A DNA stretch of 64,000 nt, from the NCBI GenBank assembly GCA_009103225.1, contig RHPI01003642.1, forward strand, positions 156,451-220,450. Direction: 5' to 3'. Below, in pieces: positions 63,389 to 64,000 of this stretch. The notes beneath the pieces are model-generated. The model made no database searches. It was not told where the DNA came from and saw nothing but the letters and a program-made list of their open reading frames with translations. This DNA comes from Chlorokybus atmophyticus. Its lineage: Eukaryota > Plantae > Mesostigma and Chlorokybus algae. The number at the start of each line of letters is the position of its first letter. The stretch's first letter is position 1. Made by a program: the position numbers and the translations under genes.

Positions 63389-64000
63389 GCAGCTGTATGA
63401 CGTACATCGTGTTATGCGCCAGTATCATGGTAGCATAAGCCTAGGTTTGGCTGTCGTTAAAGAGTGGTGAAACATGTGTGCTGTACAATGGTGCTGACAA
63501 CCTTGCTGTACAGGCAGTGTTGAAGTCAACACAGATGTTCACTATGTTCCCTGAGTTTGCCAAATACATTATTGGGGACCCACTCACGCAGGCTCCTGCA
63601 GTCAGCCAACCAGGTGATGAGCTATTACTATGAAGTGAAATGATAGACATGCACGCTGAACAGGTTGTCATGTGAACTGACGTTGTGGACGCAACCTGTA
63701 AGGTCTTTTCTCTGTTGCAGGGTTGGACTAATTGGCATACGTGACATTGCTAAACCAGCTGATGATGATGTGCACGCAACTAAACGAGGATGCCAATCTG
63801 CAGAACCATAATACATTGCCCATCAGATAGCCTTACTTTATGTAAGTGCTTCACTGCATTACCTGCATGTGTCATTGCAGCCATTATTGCAAACTGCTCG
63901 TGAGGTGGTCGCTGGCTGACAGTTGCTTAACTGCAGCAATTCCTTAATCTGACACGTGCGGAAACCAATGCCTTCAAGAAGCGAGTTGAAGAGCAGCAGT

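Noticed and set aside
1-64000. tRNA, rRNA or CRISPR arrays
   Set aside because: No cloverleaf with a T-loop in context, no rRNA-like sequence, and no regularly spaced repeat-spacer array found by eye.

Overview
Gene-dense eukaryotic nuclear DNA with short spliceosomal introns (mostly ~40-120 nt). The gene set (3R-MYB, ABP1, PLGG1/LrgB-like transporter, plastid-type transit peptides, CFAP97-like flagellar protein) points to a green alga; the species cannot be determined from sequence alone. About 19 protein-coding genes could be assembled by hand, many in head-to-head pairs. There are two N gaps flanked by poly-C, and no tRNA, rRNA or CRISPR array was seen. The main highlight is one apparently continuous spliced gene (61846-56145, minus). 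It fuses a signal peptide, a DNRLRE-like domain, bacterial-type Ig-like repeats and an NHL beta-propeller to an ATAD3-like coiled-coil/TM/AAA+ ATPase, giving a receptor-like AAA ATPase architecture. There are also two candidate bicistronic loci: ribosomal L9 to RluA-family pseudouridine synthase (8 nt apart) and SMIM8-like to ABP1 (13 nt apart). Smaller signals are an MSA+CHR motif cluster upstream of MYB3R, a SelK-like gene with a possible Sec codon, and an EEP-family gene with altered catalytic residues. All exon boundaries and family calls come from manual reading and motif recall, not from database searches.
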